Below, piece after piece: positions 63,631-64,000 of a stretch of DNA of 64,000 bases (positions within the stretch are counted from its first letter, which is position 1; each line of letters begins with the position of its first letter). The DNA is from Chiloscyllium plagiosum (Eukaryota), in contig NC_057726.1 of assembly GCF_004010195.1 (NCBI RefSeq), positions 69,115,418 to 69,179,417 of the forward strand. Direction: 5' to 3'. The notes under the pieces were generated by a model. The model did no database searches. It saw only the letters and a program-made list of their open reading frames with translations, and was not told the origin of the DNA. Position numbers and translations under genes: made by a program.

Positions 63631-64000
63631 TGATTTTTAAGGTTGTGGACCTCTATAACCCTATGACCACATGCATTTTGCAAGCTTTGCAAAGCATATT
63701 AAGGCATTGTATTTGCGTAGGTTGAAGGCATTTATTTGTAGGACGGTGCATACACTGATCAGTTGCAACCGATGGAAAATTATGTTTCACGTTACCTTCA
63801 TTTAAATGTAATGGATTTGGAAACAGCGATAATAATAATGACATGTTGGAATATATTCATGCGTGCTAATAATTTAATGTGATCTGAAGTACAGAGGTTT
63901 CTTTTCAAGCGCTGGTTGGGGATTCTTTTAAATAAAACAGAGCTAATCCCCATGCTTCAAAGTCAACTGGTAAATTTACGTTTTTGGAGCATCTATTGCT

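Overview
Vertebrate genomic DNA, most likely from a shark or other cartilaginous fish (inferred from abundant HE1/V-SINE-type tRNA SINEs and CR1 LINEs). It is mostly retroelement-derived and has two assembly gaps. The host content is a cluster of non-rearranging, antigen-receptor-like IgSF genes that the ORF track largely misses. Their shared layout is leader / single-exon V(J) domain / C1-set domain / TM / two cytoplasmic exons with a tyrosine motif. Gene A (+, 5306-14171) is a multiply frameshifted pseudogene. Gene B (-, 42370-30877) has intact leader, V, TM and first tail exons, a disabled C1 exon, a TM arginine and a stop just before its YxxL. It could therefore splice into an NKp30-like V-TM receptor. 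Gene C (+, from 61427) has intact leader and VJ exons and runs off the window. A degenerate V relic and a possible orphan TM exon lie between them. Mobile content includes the 3' end of an ERV3-like endogenous retrovirus (env, PPT, GATA-rich LTR), a Gmr1-like Gypsy element with SCAN-like gag inside a four-level nested insertion, young and old CR1 LINEs, and a TSD-flanked palindromic Penelope-type insert with minimal hammerhead ribozyme motifs on both strands. Exon boundaries were read by hand; repeat boundaries are approximate.
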